Shown here: positions 18,201 to 30,601 of the stretch, piece after piece
Layout of the letters: each line of letters begins with the position of its first letter
Numbering within the stretch: the stretch's first letter is position 1
Assembly: GCA_002269645.1 (NCBI GenBank)
Contig: NIVC01000302.1
Location: 1-64,000 of the forward strand
Length of the DNA stretch: 64,000 nt
DNA from: Macrostomum lignano
Taxonomy: Eukaryota
Reading direction: 5' to 3'
The notes under the pieces: generated by a model
Told to the model about the DNA's origin: nothing
Seen by the model: the letters and a program-made list of their open reading frames with translations, nothing else
The model's database searches: none
Made by a program: the position numbers and the translations under genes

Positions 18201-20846
18201 GAGGAATCCCAACCTGACATCGGAGAATTCCCGGATGACATCGAGGAATCTCAGCCTGACATTGGGGAATCCCAGTATGACATCGGGGAATCCCAGTATG
18301 ACATCGGGGAATCCCAACCTAACAATGAAGAATCCCAGTCTGACATCGGGGAATCCCAGACTGACATCGGGGAATCCCATTCTGACATCGGCGAATCCCA
18401 GATTGACACAAAACTCCAAAACTTGAGCATAGAAGTTCGACAGCAGTACAAGCTAAAAGTGGTAGCTAATCCTCACCGATCCCCCTAACTCTCGCCAGAG
18501 ACTACCTGTTCATGTGCGTAGACAACTCCGAGTCGCTCACTGCCGACGCGTACGGCGAGCGCCGACTGGCTACGCCACTGCGCGATCTGAACGGCTTGGC
18601 AACCGCCGTGATCGACCTGAGCATGGGCAAGCTGCGCTTCCTGACCGAGGCCGACCAGCGTGAGGTGATGAAGATCCTCCGGCTGCTGCAGCTGACCCAG
18701 GACGAGATTATCAAACAGGCGCTTGGCGAAGCCGGCGCTCTGGCACCCGGCGGCATGTCGGCCGAGGCCCTGTTCGACAGCTTCATGCTGCGGGACCTGC
18801 GCGAGAACGTCGGCCGACTCAGCAAGGAGGCGTACGCTGAGCTGCGCAGCTACAAGGAGCCTCCGAGCACAGTGCTGACCATCATCCGCGGCGTGCTGGC
18901 GATGTTCTATCCGGATGCGGCCAAGGCCGGCGACTTCGACAAGTGGCGGCACTGCCAGAAGCACGTGAAGATCAGCCTGGGCCGCATGGTCATGGAGTTC
19001 GATCCGCAGAAGGATCCCGCCGCCGTGCCGCTGGAGTTCATTGATGCCTGTCTTAATGGTGAGCGTATGGGATTCTGGGGATTTGAGTAGCATTGAGCAC
19101 ATGGGATTCTGGGGATTTGAGTAGCATTGAGCACATGGGATTCTGGGGATTTGAGTAGCATTGAGCACATGGGATTCTTGGGATTTGAGTAGCATTGAGC
19201 ACATGGGATTCTGGGGATTTGAGTAGCATTGAGCACATGGGATTCTTGGGATTTGAGTAGCATTGAGCATATGGGATTCTGGGGATTTGAGTAGCATTAA
19301 GCATATGGGATTCTGGGTATTTGAGTAGCATTGAGCATATGGGATTCTGGGTAGTTGAGTAGCATTGAGCATATGAGATTCTGGGTATTTGAGTAGCATT
19401 GAGCATATGGGATTCTGGGTATTTGAGTAGTATTGAGCATATGGGATTCTGGGGATTTGAGTAGCATTGAGAACATGGGATTCTGGGTATTTGAGTAGTA
19501 TTGAGCACATGGGATGTTTTCTTGAATAAAATTTTATTTTTTCGACAACATAAACAAACTTCTATTTCATCTCGCTACTTAAAGCAAGTAATCAATGTAG
19601 CTACATGTAGATAAAAATGAATTAGATGCTAGTTTTTAAATAAATGCAATTGCAGAATTAATCCACGACAATTGGAGAGCTCGACCTCTCGTATCTTTGA
19701 TATCAGGTGAATTACATCATTAGGAAAGTTTTTTATTCAGCTTTTACCTCGGTTACAAAACAACCATTTGGATTTGGACACGAATTGTTCCCCATATAGT
19801 CTCTGCACATCCTGAGTGATTACATTCAATTTGTTTCGGATTTGCACTACTGTATAAGTATTTGCTGTTTCAAAACTTCCCATGTTTTTTGTACTGCACA
19901 GCGTATTACGCTTATGACATATTATACATGGTGCAACCAATGAGAAAGCTTGGAGAGTAAAAGTGGGGTGGATGTGTAAGGGGATAGAGCCAGAACATTA
20001 GAAAGCTTAGAAGGTAAAATTAAAGCTAGGAGTGGGGCGGGTGAGTAACGGGATAGAGCCAGCCAATTAGAAAGTTTGGAGGGTAAAAGTAAAGCTAGGA
20101 GTGGGGTGGATGTGTAAGGGGATAGAGCCAGCCAATTAGAAAGTTTGGAGGGTAAAAGTAAAAGCTAGGAATGGGGTGGATGTGTACGGGGATAGAGCCA
20201 GCCAATTAGAAAGCTTGGAGGGTAAAATTAAAAACTAGGAATGGGGCGGGTGTGTAAGGGGATAAAGCCAGCCAACCAGAGAGCTTAGAGAGTCAAACCT
20301 AAATGTGGGGCGAAGAACTAAAGAGAATGGATCTGGCCAATAAGAGAGCTGGAATGGTAGAGCTACCCAATCAGAAAGCTTGGCTAGGAGTACGAGGGTC
20401 TTAATATAAAATGCACTAAATAATAATTTTGGAAGCCTAGTTTTCATTCCCATGCATAATCGGCTACCGCTTACTATTAGTAGCATTGCAAGTAACAGAA
20501 CAGATTCTCATGCTTTGCCATTCAAAAAGAGCAATAAAATGAATTGACAGACGTACCGCAGAACATGGCCAGCAAGCACGGGTCGAAGCCGGCCGAATTC
20601 CTGTTCAACTGGTTAGTGGTGTGCGTCAGCATTGTCCGGCACACGTTGGACATGAACAAGAGGCGAGGGGTGAGTCAGAATCTGCCAGCTGTGCCCGAGG
20701 AGGCGGCGGCAGCGGCGGCTGACGGGGCTGACGGCGGCGAAGGCGACGGCGACGGCGAGGAGGACGGGACGGCAACTGCGGAACCGACGCAGGTTGTCGG
20801 CACCCCGCCGCCGCCTCCGGAAGAGCCAGCGGAGCAGACGGAATGA
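9278..20846 (+). CDS. EFCAB5: EF-hand calcium-binding domain-containing protein 5-like, ~1453 aa; exons 9278-10228, 10330-10467, 11087-11342, 11839-12609, 12700-12756, 14551-14756, 15258-15902, 16270-16527, 17728-17951, 18499-19058, 20551-20846
   Basis: FNPINYLGQYLMRNNPRY motif, EF-hand loop DNDGSGFLDLDE, GAF-like segment (PLHVPRV...FGTLAVDT) and ELRSYKEPP. All 10 introns are GT-AG and the phases join to 4362 nt, open to TGA at 20846. Confidence 0.9.
10589..10719. mobile_element. hAT-type MITE (131 bp) in EFCAB5 intron 2
   Basis: Imperfect TIRs CAGGTGCTTAGCCAGG / CCTTGGCTACGCCCCTG; flanks TGTAAATT and TGTACATT give a 7/8 match to an 8-bp TSD. Confidence 0.7.
10720..10950. repeat. 36-bp tandem repeat
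   Basis: Unit TGTACATTTGGGGTAGAAAAGTCTGATTCGGTGGTA. Confidence 0.9.
11530..11790. repeat. ~78-bp tandem repeat, 3 copies
   Basis: GGCACACCAACCCCACGCCTT recurs at ~78-nt spacing. Confidence 0.85.
12814..13121 (+). mobile_element. tRNA-derived CORE-type SINE in EFCAB5 intron 5
   Basis: A box TAGCCTTGTGG and B box GGTTCGATTCC, then GTGTCCTTGAGCAAGACACTTAAC...CAGTTCACCCAGCTGTAAAATGGG resembling the MIR/CORE domain, and a (TTA)n tail. Confidence 0.8.
13730..14510. repeat. 30-bp minisatellite (GTGAGTCACTCTGACCCACTAGAGCAGTCA)n
   Basis: About 26 copies in EFCAB5 intron 5. Confidence 0.95.
14780..15216. repeat. (CATACT/CATGCT)n hexamer microsatellite filling EFCAB5 intron 6
   Basis: Direct periodicity. 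Confidence 0.95.
15915..16265. repeat. (CCCCAA/CTCCAA)n hexamer microsatellite, EFCAB5 intron 7
   Basis: Direct periodicity. Confidence 0.95.
16615..17600. repeat. 37-bp minisatellite (CAGCAACAGAGGATCTGGGAGGCTGGTGGTGGTTGCC)n, EFCAB5 intron 8
   Basis: About 26 copies. Confidence 0.95.
18040..18410. repeat. 21-bp minisatellite containing GGGGAATCCC, EFCAB5 intron 9
   Basis: Degenerate unit GGGAATCCCAGTCTGACATCG. Confidence 0.9.
19065..19512. repeat. 34-bp minisatellite, EFCAB5 intron 10
   Basis: Unit ATGGGATTCTGGGGATTTGAGTAGCATTGAGCAC. Confidence 0.95.
19965..20275. repeat. ~62-bp tandem repeat, ~5 copies
   Basis: GGGATAGAGCCAGCCAATTAGAAAG recurs. Confidence 0.85.
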
Positions 20847-21094
20847 AAGCAGAAATGTGATTATTTAAAAAGGAACAGAAATGAAGCAGAGGTGCAGACA
20901 GAAGGAATATTTTCGTTTGCTTCTGATTCTGTGTACTTTTCCTGTTTTCTTTTTGCCGTTATAAAATACTCGAATTTTTTAATATAACCTTTTTGAATAG
21001 TTTTCGAATTATTTAAGCGTATGGATATTGTGAAATAATTTTAATTTGAGCTTCATAACTGTGAGCTCAGCGAGTCTGGCGCGCGAAATCGAAA

Positions 21095-21385
21095 TGGGGG
21101 TCACTGGCCCTCCCTGAGATTTGTAACTTCTCCAAGGGGTCACTGACCCTCCCTAAGATTCGTAACTACTCCAAGGGGTCACTGGCCCTCCCCTAAGATT
21201 CGTAACTACTCCAAGGGGTCACTGACCCTCCCCTAAGATTCTTAGTTTACTCTAAAGGGGGTCACTGGTCCCTCTAATATTTTTTTTGCTCTAAAGGGGG
21301 TCACTGACCCTCCCTAAGATTCTTAGCTACTCCAAGGGGGTCACTGACCCTCCCCTAAGAATCTTAGCTAAGGGGTCGCTTGACC
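21095..21385. repeat. ~40-bp tandem repeat between convergent EFCAB5 and lectin 3' ends
   Basis: AAGGGGTCACTGACCCTCCCTAAGATT units. Confidence 0.85.
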
Positions 21386-21803
21386 TCACTAAAAGCTCTG
21401 CATGTTCTGGTTGATTAATAAAAAGTTATCAATGACATTTCTAAATTCTTTCCGAGTTTTTCTACTTTTTGCCAGACTACCCTCTGAAAGCACAAGAAAG
21501 ACATTCCACAACCATTTTTGGATTCTTAGTGGTTTATTTCTACTTTATTATATTGACTTTGATGAATTACTATGAAATAAATTTAACAGATGCGATAGAA
21601 AAACATCAATATTTTTGACGTCTGAACTGCCGTCTTGTCAATTATACTAGCTGCCTGTTGCAGTGTATTTGAAACTTTCCATTTTAATCACAAGATTCTT
21701 AAAACGAAGATGCATGCAGGTATTTTTCGTGCAGTAAAAGCATAATTATTCCAGTTTGTTTACAACTTTTTTCTTACCATTCTTACCTTTGCTTTAGACA
21801 GAC

Positions 21804-24800
21804 TCAAGTTACTGCAGAAGCATGGTTGCAGAGGGGGTAAAGAGGGGAGGGAGTTGGGTAGAGAGGGGTAGAGAGGTGTAGAGAGGGGTAGAGAGGTGTA
21901 GAGAGGTGTAGAGAGGTGTAGAGAGGTGTAGAGAGGTGTAGAGAGGGGTAGAGAGGTGTAGAGAGGTGTAGAGAGGGGTAGAGAGGTGTAGAGAGGTGTA
22001 GAGAGGTGTAGAGAGGTGTAGAGAGGTGTAGAGAGGTGTAGAGAGGCGTAGAGAGGTGTAGAGAGGGGTAGAGAGGCGTAGAGAGGGGTAGAGAGGGGTA
22101 GAGAGGTGTAGAGAGGGGTAGAGAGGTGTAGAGAGGTATGGAGAGAGGGGGTGGAGATGGGAGGGAGATGAGCAGAAGACAATTACGAGTGTAAAACTGA
22201 GAGAAAAACGGGAATAATGAGCAATCATCATAGCCAGGGAGACTCACCAGGTGCACATGTGTAGTTAACAAACAGGTACTTGTAGTTGTTCGGGCAGGGA
22301 TCTCCAAAGTGATCATTGCTGGCCAGCACACTGCAAGCTGATTGATTCTGGCACACAGATTTGACGTAGCTCAAGGATTGAGAGCTCTGACAGTTATCAG
22401 CAGTATTTGTGTCCTTCACACAGTCGGTGCTGAACTCGCTTGATTTGCCGTACATCACGTAGGCGATGTCGATGCGCCGAGATGTCGAGCAGGTGAGGCT
22501 TGCCGATTCGCCTTCGCACACCAGAGTGGAATACCGTGCTGCACAGCAAGAGGGCGCATTTCATAAACTCGAAATTTCAGAAATTTGAAACTTCACAACA
22601 TCGAAATATCGAGTCACCGTTTTACAGTCTTTTGCAATAGCATGATAACTAAAAATGATTAGCATGTTATCTGCATTAGAAATCCACTCGACTATAGGGC
22701 TATTTTGCTGAGGACCATTGGAAAATGATGAGGCTGAGGACCATTGGATCATGATGAGGCTGAGGACCATTGGATCATGATGAGGCTGAGGACCATTGGA
22801 TCATGATGAGGTTGAGGACCATTGGATCATGATGAGGTTGAGGACCATTGGATCATGATGAGGTTGAGGACCATTGGATCATGATGAAGCTGAGGACCAT
22901 TGGATCATGAAGCTGAGGACCATTGGATCATGATGAGGTTGAGGACCATTGGATCATGATGAAGCTGAGGACCATTGGATCATGATGAGGCTGAGGACCA
23001 TTGGATCATGATGAAGCTGAGGACAATTGGATCATGAAGCTGAGGACAATTGAATCATGATGAGGCTGAGGACCATTGGATCATGATGAGGTTGAGGACC
23101 ATTGGATCATGATGAGGTTGAGGACCATTGGAAAATGATGAGGTTGAGGACCATTGGATCATGATGAGGTTGAGGACCATTGGATCATGATGAGGCTGAG
23201 GACCATTGGATCATGATGAGGCTGAGGACCATTGGATCATGATGAGGCTGAGGACCATTGGATCATGATGAGGCTGAGGACCATTGGATCATGATGAGGT
23301 TGAGGACCATTGGATCATGATGAAGCTGAGGACCATTGGATCATGATGAGGCTGAGGACCATTGGATCATGATGAAGCTGAGGACAATTGGATCATGAAG
23401 CTGAGGACAATTGAATCATGATGAGGCTGAGGACCATTGGATCATGATGAAGCTGAGGACAATTGGATCATGATGAGGCTGAGGACCATTGGATCATGAT
23501 GAGGTTGAGGACCATTGGATCATGATGAGGTTGAGGACCATTGGATCATGATGAAGCTGAGGGCAATTGGATCATGATGAGGCTGAGGACCACTGGATCA
23601 TGATGAAGCTGAGGACAATTGGATCATGAGGCTGAGGACCATCGGATCATGATGAGGCTTAGGATCACTGGCGATGATACTTGGCCACTGTTTTCAGGCG
23701 ACCCAGTACGGAAATCCGGGATCTGACTGGGAGAACCATAAAACACAAGAATCCCAAATTTAGCTTTGATTCCTCGGGCTGGGTGAAGCGTAAACAGGAT
23801 AATGGGGTTCTTTATTCTACACCCATTAACAGTAGAACTACCAAGAGGGGGGGAAAATTTCCCCCCCTGACAATTTTTTTTGCTGCGTCGGAACGGAGCA
23901 ACGCAGGCACACAAAATTCAAGAACATGGGCTAACTTTTTGTTGCGCACCTTCTCAAACAAGAATCAAGTTGCCAACCCTCCGGACCGTCGAGATATTCG
24001 ACGATTCTGCCAGAAGGTCAGATTTTTTCCATAAGCGCTAGTGTATTCAGTACACCCCTGTGCGCCAATTAGCACTGCGCCTCAGTGCAGCCTTGCCAAG
24101 TCTCCAAATTTCATCAGCACGTCGACCAAATGTGTCTGCATCAGCTCTGACTTCGTTGGTTACTGGCCTTCACCGAGACGGAGCTTCTAGACCTTCAACA
24201 GGTGGCACCAGGTGACTATGAACACCTTGATGCGAATTTCTCTAGTTTCGCCGATCAAGCCTCGACAGTAGGCAAGCCTCAACTGCCAGACACCCTCAGC
24301 TAGTCTCCTGAGCATTCCTTCATCATCCCGACACCGACGGCACCTTCAACAGGTGGCATCAGGTGACTATGGACGTCCTTTTGCAACTATGTCAGGTTTT
24401 TCTTATCAAGCTTCAATAATGAGCAAACATCAACTGCTGGACATCCTCAGCTAGTCAGTCAAGCATTCAGCCATCACCCCGACGCCGTCGGCACCTTCAA
24501 CAGGTGGCACCAGGGGAGTAAGGACACCTGAGCGTGATTTTTCATCATTCTCTTAACATTTCTGAAGCATAAGAAAAACCTGACATATTTGCAACAGGAT
24601 GTCCATAGTCACCTGGTGTAATCTGTTGAAGGAGCCGACGGCGTCCGGTTGATGGCTGAATGCTTGACTGACTAGCTGAGGATGTCCAGCAGTTGATTTT
24701 TGCCTACTATCGAGGCTTGATCGGCGAAACTAGAGAAATTCTTATCAGGCTGTCCATAGTCACCTGGTGTAATCTGTTGAAGGAGCCGACGGCGTCGAGA

Positions 24801-25664
24801 TGATGACGGAATGCTTGAGAGACTAGCTGACAATGTCCGTCGGTTGAGGTTTGCCCATTATTGAAGCTTGATAAGAAAGACCTGACATAGTTGCAAAAGG
24901 ACGTCCATAGTCACCTGATGCCACCTGTTGAAGGTGCCGTCGGTGTCGGGATGATGAAGGAATGCTCAGGAGACTAGCTGAGGGTGTCTGGCAGTTGAGG
25001 CTTGCCTACTGTCGAGGCTTGATCGGCGAAACTAGAGAAATTCGCATCAAGGTGTTCATAGTCACCTGGTGCCACCTGTTGAAGGTCTAGAAGCTCCGTC
25101 TCGGTGAAGGCCAGTAACCAACGAAGTCAGAGCTGATGCAGACACATTTGGTCGACGTGCTGATGAAATTTGGAGACTTGGCAAGGCTGCACTGAGGCGC
25201 AGTGCTAATTGGCACACAGGGGTGTACTGAATACACTAGCGCTTATGGGAAAAATCTGACCTTCTGGCAGAATCGTCGAATATCTCGACGGTCCGGAGGG
25301 TTGGCAACTTGATTCTTGTTTGAGAAGGTGCGCAACAAAAAGTTAGCCCATGTTCTTGAATTTTGTGTGCCTGCGTTGCTCCGTTCCGACGCAGCAAAAA
25401 AAATTGTCAGGGGGGGAATTTTTCCCCCCTCTTGGTAGTTCGACGGGCGGAAAAATGGCTTGGTATTCCTACTGTTAATACACCCAGGGGATGGGATCAG
25501 ACAGTGATGTCGCTAGTCTGATAAGCCGCTTCCATTAGCTGTTTGGGTAAAAAGAGTGCCTAATGGGAATTGAACTCGCTATACTCACCGCTCACTGTAA
25601 CCATGGCGACGAGAAAGTAAATTAACTGTAGAAGCAGGTATCTCCGATGCAATCTGGCAGTCAT
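21804..25664 (-). CDS. Secreted single-domain SUEL/rhamnose-binding (galactose-binding) lectin, ~124 aa; exons 25664-25589, 22538-22248, 21811-21804
   Basis: Exon 1 encodes a signal-peptide-like MTARLHRRYLLLQLIYFLVAMVTVS with a GTGAGT donor. Exon 2 encodes CEG..LTC...YG...C...C...CQNQSACSVLASNDHFGDPCPNNYKYLFVNYTC, the SUEL pattern. The 8-nt last exon is less certain. Confidence 0.85.
21830..22140. repeat. 10-bp purine-rich repeat (GTAGAGAGGG/T)n in lectin intron 2
   Basis: Direct periodicity. Confidence 0.95.
22710..23660. repeat. 26-bp minisatellite (TGAGGACCATTGGATCATGATGAGGC)n
   Basis: About 36 copies in lectin intron 1. Confidence 0.95.
23830..25474. mobile_element. Non-autonomous foldback DNA element (1645 bp) flanked by TTAA, in lectin intron 1
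   Basis: TTAA|CAGTAG ... CTACTG|TTAA ends; ~590-bp near-perfect inverted arms (23835-~24420 / ~24860-25441); internal ~150-bp subrepeats; no long ORF. Confidence 0.85.
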
Positions 25665-25748
25665 AACTGCGAGAGCTCTTGAATGGATTTATTGGATCAT
25701 ATATGCTCTGAGCTGGGTCTGGATGCTCAGGCTGCCCAAGCACGCGAA

Positions 25749-25756
25749 TATTTATA
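25749..25756 (-). promoter_or_regulatory. TATA box of the lectin gene
   Basis: TATAAATA on the minus strand ~85 nt upstream of the lectin ATG. Confidence 0.5.
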
Positions 25757-25944
25757 GAGCTGTAGCAGCATCTGGTTTACAGCCAATCACAGCCTTCCTG
25801 TGCTTCCATGCTTGCCACCGAGAAATCTTATGGAAGGTTTCTGGACAGAAAAATACTGCATACTGCATTCTTGGGTATGTAATAATGTAGTATTGGATGC
25901 CATGTAGACAAAAGGAATAGAAAGTTTCCGAACTCCGAAACTGT

Positions 25945-26885
25945 CACACAGAGTTAACAAGGTTGTCACAGAATTAACAAGGTTGTCACACAGAATTAAC
26001 GAGGTTGTCACAGAATTAACAAGGTTGTCACACAGAATTAACAAGGTTGTCACACAGAATTAACAAGGTTGTCACACAAAATTATCAAGGTTGTCCCACA
26101 GGATTAACAAGGTTGTCACACAGGATTAACAAGGTTGTCACACAGGATTAACAAGGTTGTCACACAAAATTAACAAGGTTTTCTCACAGGATTAACAAGG
26201 TTGTCACACAGAATTAACAAGGTTGTCACACAGAATTACCAAGGTTGTCACACAGAGTTAACAAGATTGTCACACAGAGTTAACAAGGTTGTCACACAGA
26301 ATTAACAAGGTTGTCACACAAAATTATCAAGGTTGTCCCACAGGATTAACAAGGTAATCACACAGAATTAACAAGATTGTCACACAGAATTAACAAGGTA
26401 ATCACACAGAATTAACAAGGTTGTCACACAGAATTAACAAGGTTGTCACACAAAATTAACAAGGTTGTCACACAGAATTAACAAGGTTGTCACACAGAAT
26501 TAACAAGGTTGGCACACAGAACTAACAAGGTTGTCACACAGAATTAACAAGGTTGTCACACAGAATTAACAAGGTTGTCACACAGAATTAACAAGGTTCT
26601 CACACAGAATTAACAAGGTTGTCACACAGAGTTAACAAGGTTGTCACACCGGATTAACAAGGTTGTCACACAGAATTAACAAGGTTGTCACACCGGATTA
26701 ACAAGGTTGTCACACAGAATTAACAAGGTTGTCACACAGAATTAACAAGGTTGTCACACAGAATTAACAAGGTTCACAGAATTAACAAGGTTCACAGAAT
26801 CACAGAATTAACAAGGTTGTCACAGAATTAACAAGGTTGTCACAGAATTAACAAGGTTGTCACAGAATTAACAAGGCTGTCACAA
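25945..26885. repeat. 22-bp minisatellite (TTAACAAGGTTGTCACACAGAA)n
   Basis: Direct periodicity. Confidence 0.95.
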
Positions 26886-29800
26886 AATTACATGTTACAA
26901 GATGTTACCAGATTTCACACATTCTGTGTCAAACAGAAGAAACCTTATTCAAACGTGTATTAAAAATATGCACTTTTCATTGATATTAAAAACATTGCTC
27001 TCGCTTCAATCGCTAAGCTATTTTTGTCCCTAAAATTGTTTTTTTGGAGGAAGAGCATTCATGCAAATCAAGAAGAATAGGATGTGCTATCATTTGCCTT
27101 AATTCACTTCCATTGTTAATATTGCTGTGAATAGCAGTTATTAATAAGATAATAGAATTATTGTAATAATCGAATGGGGAAATTTTTTGCTCAAGCACGA
27201 TACTCGCATTTTCATTTCCTGCATAGGAAAAAAAATGGTTTACGCATGCGAGTAGATTGATGTTTGTATGATTGTAAAATAATTTATTGCAGCATTCTCA
27301 ACTTGGCTCATCAGATAGCTAAGTTATAAAATTTAACTAGATGTTTGTTTTTGCGATACCAATTTAAAAAATGATGTCTTTTTGATGTTGCAATTGCGCC
27401 TTGCCATGTTTTGATAGGCACACGATCTATTTTGTCATTCTTAGCTGACTGTAGCAGTATGTGTAACAGAGATGATAAAATTTTTATGATTTTTAGGTAC
27501 AGGGAATGTACGTATAGAATAAAAAATTAACATAGAATCTTAATTTTCTAAACTAAAACTTTATGAATATCAATAGAGCTATAAAAGAGGCACTTCGACT
27601 TGACTTAGCTGCAGGGTGGTCCGTAGACACAGCGGGGAGGCGAGGGTCGCCCATTACGCTAGCCCTTGAAGGCCCTGCAGACAGGCAGGAGGCGCGGGGC
27701 CGGTCAGGGTGGTCCCGCCGGTCCTGCAGCGTTCACTCTTCAAAGTTCACTCTCGAGGTGGCCTCGGAAGAGGTAGCCATGGCCGGTAAGGGTCATGGAC
27801 AAGGGCTCGAATATCCTTCCGATTTTGCTTCAGAAGGACGTTTCTGAGCCTGCGAGAGGGGCACGGAACCGCAGCACGAGATTGCCGGCAGTTTTGGGTG
27901 CCCGCCCATCTGTCACTGTGGAGGGAACCAGCCCAGTCATCGATCTGACGATTGATGACCGTAGAGGGGATAGGGATCAGGGGAGCAGGGCCAAGAAAAG
28001 AGCCAGAGCCCCCCTCTTAGCGAGGGTGTCTGCCAGCTCGTTCCCCGGAAACCCTGCGTGCCCTGGGATCCACTTCAGCCTGACAGTACATGTATTGCTA
28101 CTGGCCAGAAGGCTGAGCTTCCGGGCGCAGTCGGCGACTGTCCGGGAGTTCTTTGTGGTGTGGCAAAGGGCCTGTAAGTTCGCTTGGCTATCCTCTCTCC
28201 TCTCTCCTCTTGGCATTCAGCTCTCCTCTCGTACCCTTGGAAGACCGTGGAGAGTCTGCCAGTGTGCTGGACATGCGTGGCAATGACGCGGCCGTTGCCA
28301 GCATGGCCGTCTTTGATGGATCCGTCTGTTTAACAATGGAACTCCTGGAGATTCCAGTGGTCAGTGGCAGCATCCCTAGAGGGGATGGTGACCTTTTAGC
28401 GCTGAAAGAGGTTGAGAGTGCGGGGTTCACCGTCAGATAAGACGTGGAGCCCGCCGCCGTCTCTCAAGTATTTGAGGCAGAGGTCGGCGTGAGGCAGAAG
28501 CCATGGCCCTGTGGGGCAGGATACGAATGCCAGCGTCAATTAGACGGCGGGCAGTCTTAGCCGCTTCCCTGCGGACAAAGATGTCCAGCGGGGGAATGTT
28601 GAGGAAGGCGTTGAGGCCATCGTAAGAAGCAGACGGGGGCGTTCATGATCATGCGGTATGCGCGCCCTTGCGCTCTCCTGAGACTCTCTAGGCAGGTCTT
28701 CATCTGCAGGGCGCTAGCCCAGATCAGGCCGCCGGACGAGACAGCGGGCTTAACCATTGCAGTGTAGATCCACCAGAGGCGCTTAGGGGTGAGCTCCCAG
28801 GTGGTGCCGACGGCCCTGCGCAGCAGCGCGAGAACTGCGAGGGCCCTCTTGGCTATTGCTTGAACGTGGGGTGACCAGCAGCCTGTGATCCAGGTTAATA
28901 CCCAGATATTTAGTCTGCTTGTAGGGGATTTCCCTTCCGTAAAGCGTGAGCGGCCGAATTTTCCACTTGGACCTGCTGGTGAACATGATCGCTGCGGTCT
29001 TAGTCTCAGAGAGCCTTAAACCACAGCGGTCCGCCCATTGCTCAGCGACGTAAATAAAATTCTGAAGAAGGTCCCCCAGGGTATCAGGGGACGGACCAGA
29101 TGCCACCGCGGTGACATCGTCCGCATATCCTACTTTCAGAGGCGTCAGGCCGAGCATCCCGAAGGAGCTCATCGATGACCATATTCCAGAGAACTTGAGA
29201 CAGCACGCCACCTTGTGGGCTACCTTTGCAGACGTCCTCTGGTAGCCCAGCAGACTGGCGGTGGCCGTGCGATGGCTGATCATGTACATGATCCACCTGG
29301 TGAGATGCGAGTGGGTTTGCCTCTCACAGAGGGCTCTTTGGAACGCCTGGAAGATGAAGTTATCGAAGGCGCTAATGATGTTCAGGAAGATCCCTTGAGC
29401 GAAGCCGTTTCCAAGCACGACCTTCTCTAGTTTATCGAACAGGACGTGCTGCGCGCTTTCAGTGGAGCGACCCGCCTGCAAAGCGTGCTGGTTTCCGCAG
29501 AAGGGTTTGTTCTTCAGCTCCACAGAGAGGAGGCGCCAGAGCACCAATCTCTCCATCAGCTTGACCAGGGAGGAGGTTGAGGTTGGAGGTTGGAGGCTGA
29601 TCAGTCTGAAGGATTTGATAGAATGGTAGTCCGGACGGCCTGGCTTAGGGATAAAAATCACCTTTGCCTCGGTCCAAAGCCTGTGGGACGTAACCAAGGG
29701 TGATGCACGCCCGAAAAGGCTGCAAAGTTTACTCAGGAAGCCATGGGCATTTAACCGCCTCTCTTAGGAGGGCGGGTACAATACAATCGGGTACTGGAGC

Positions 29801-30307
29801 CTTAAAAGGTTTGAATGAGTTAGCCGCTATTACGATGCGGTTCTCCGTGATGATAGAGGCAGCCAGCGCGTCCGGAGTGGTCACGTTGACCGGCTTGTTG
29901 GGTAAAATGCAGAGAGCATTGCATCAAGCGTTTCGCCTGGGTTGTCCGTGGACTTGCCGCCGGTGCGCTTAACAGAGGAAAGCTTAGACATTTTGTCCAG
30001 CGCAAGCGCTTTCACAGTTCTGGAGGTGGGGCGTGAGTCCTCTAGCTCCTCACAGTATTGACGCCATTTCTGAGCTTTCGCGTTCCTGACCTGCCTTTTA
30101 AACTCATGGGGCCGTATGAATAAAACGTGAGAAAATCTTTAAAGATTATCTTTCGAGCCAAGAATTTCTTTAAAGAAATTCTTTTCCGGCAAGAAAATCT
30201 GTTGGAGAAAATCTTACGAGTCAAGATATTCTAGAAAAGACATGAATAAAAGTTTCTCGGCTCGTGAGATTTTCTCGGCGACTGCCACTTGGCTGAAAGT
30301 TGTCTAG

Positions 30308-30601
30308 GGCCCAAACCAAGATGTCGGTGACGTGGAATTCCAAGCAAGTGCAACCGTCGTCTCGCCACAGCCAGCTGATGAGAGACGTTCACCCTCCGTG
30401 CAGCCTAAGGAACCAGCGAGGAAGCGTCGCATGTCTGGCGAGACAGAGGAGACGGAGAAGTTGGGCAACGCCGATTTGCAACGACTGGTGCTGCTGGAGC
30501 AGCTGCGCTACGTCAGACTGAAAAGGCGACTGGTGATGGAGTCTCAGGCGAGCAGACCTGCTCTTCGCCCTCCGTCGTACGGAAACGGGTACCATGATTG
30601 A
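30308..30601 (+). pseudogene. C-terminal remnant of the Harbinger second (Myb/SANT-type) ORF
   Basis: Tail-to-tail with the transposase; LQRLVLLEQLRYVRLKRR coiled segment; preceded by a TCTAG acceptor; no SANT domain upstream inside the element. Confidence 0.5.

Noticed and set aside
19656-19706. 51-nt phase 1-1 cassette exon in EFCAB5 intron 10
   Set aside because: There is no polypyrimidine tract, and homology is continuous without it.
25597-25610. X-box GTAACCATGGCGAC
   Set aside because: It lies within the lectin signal-peptide coding sequence and is explained by the codons.
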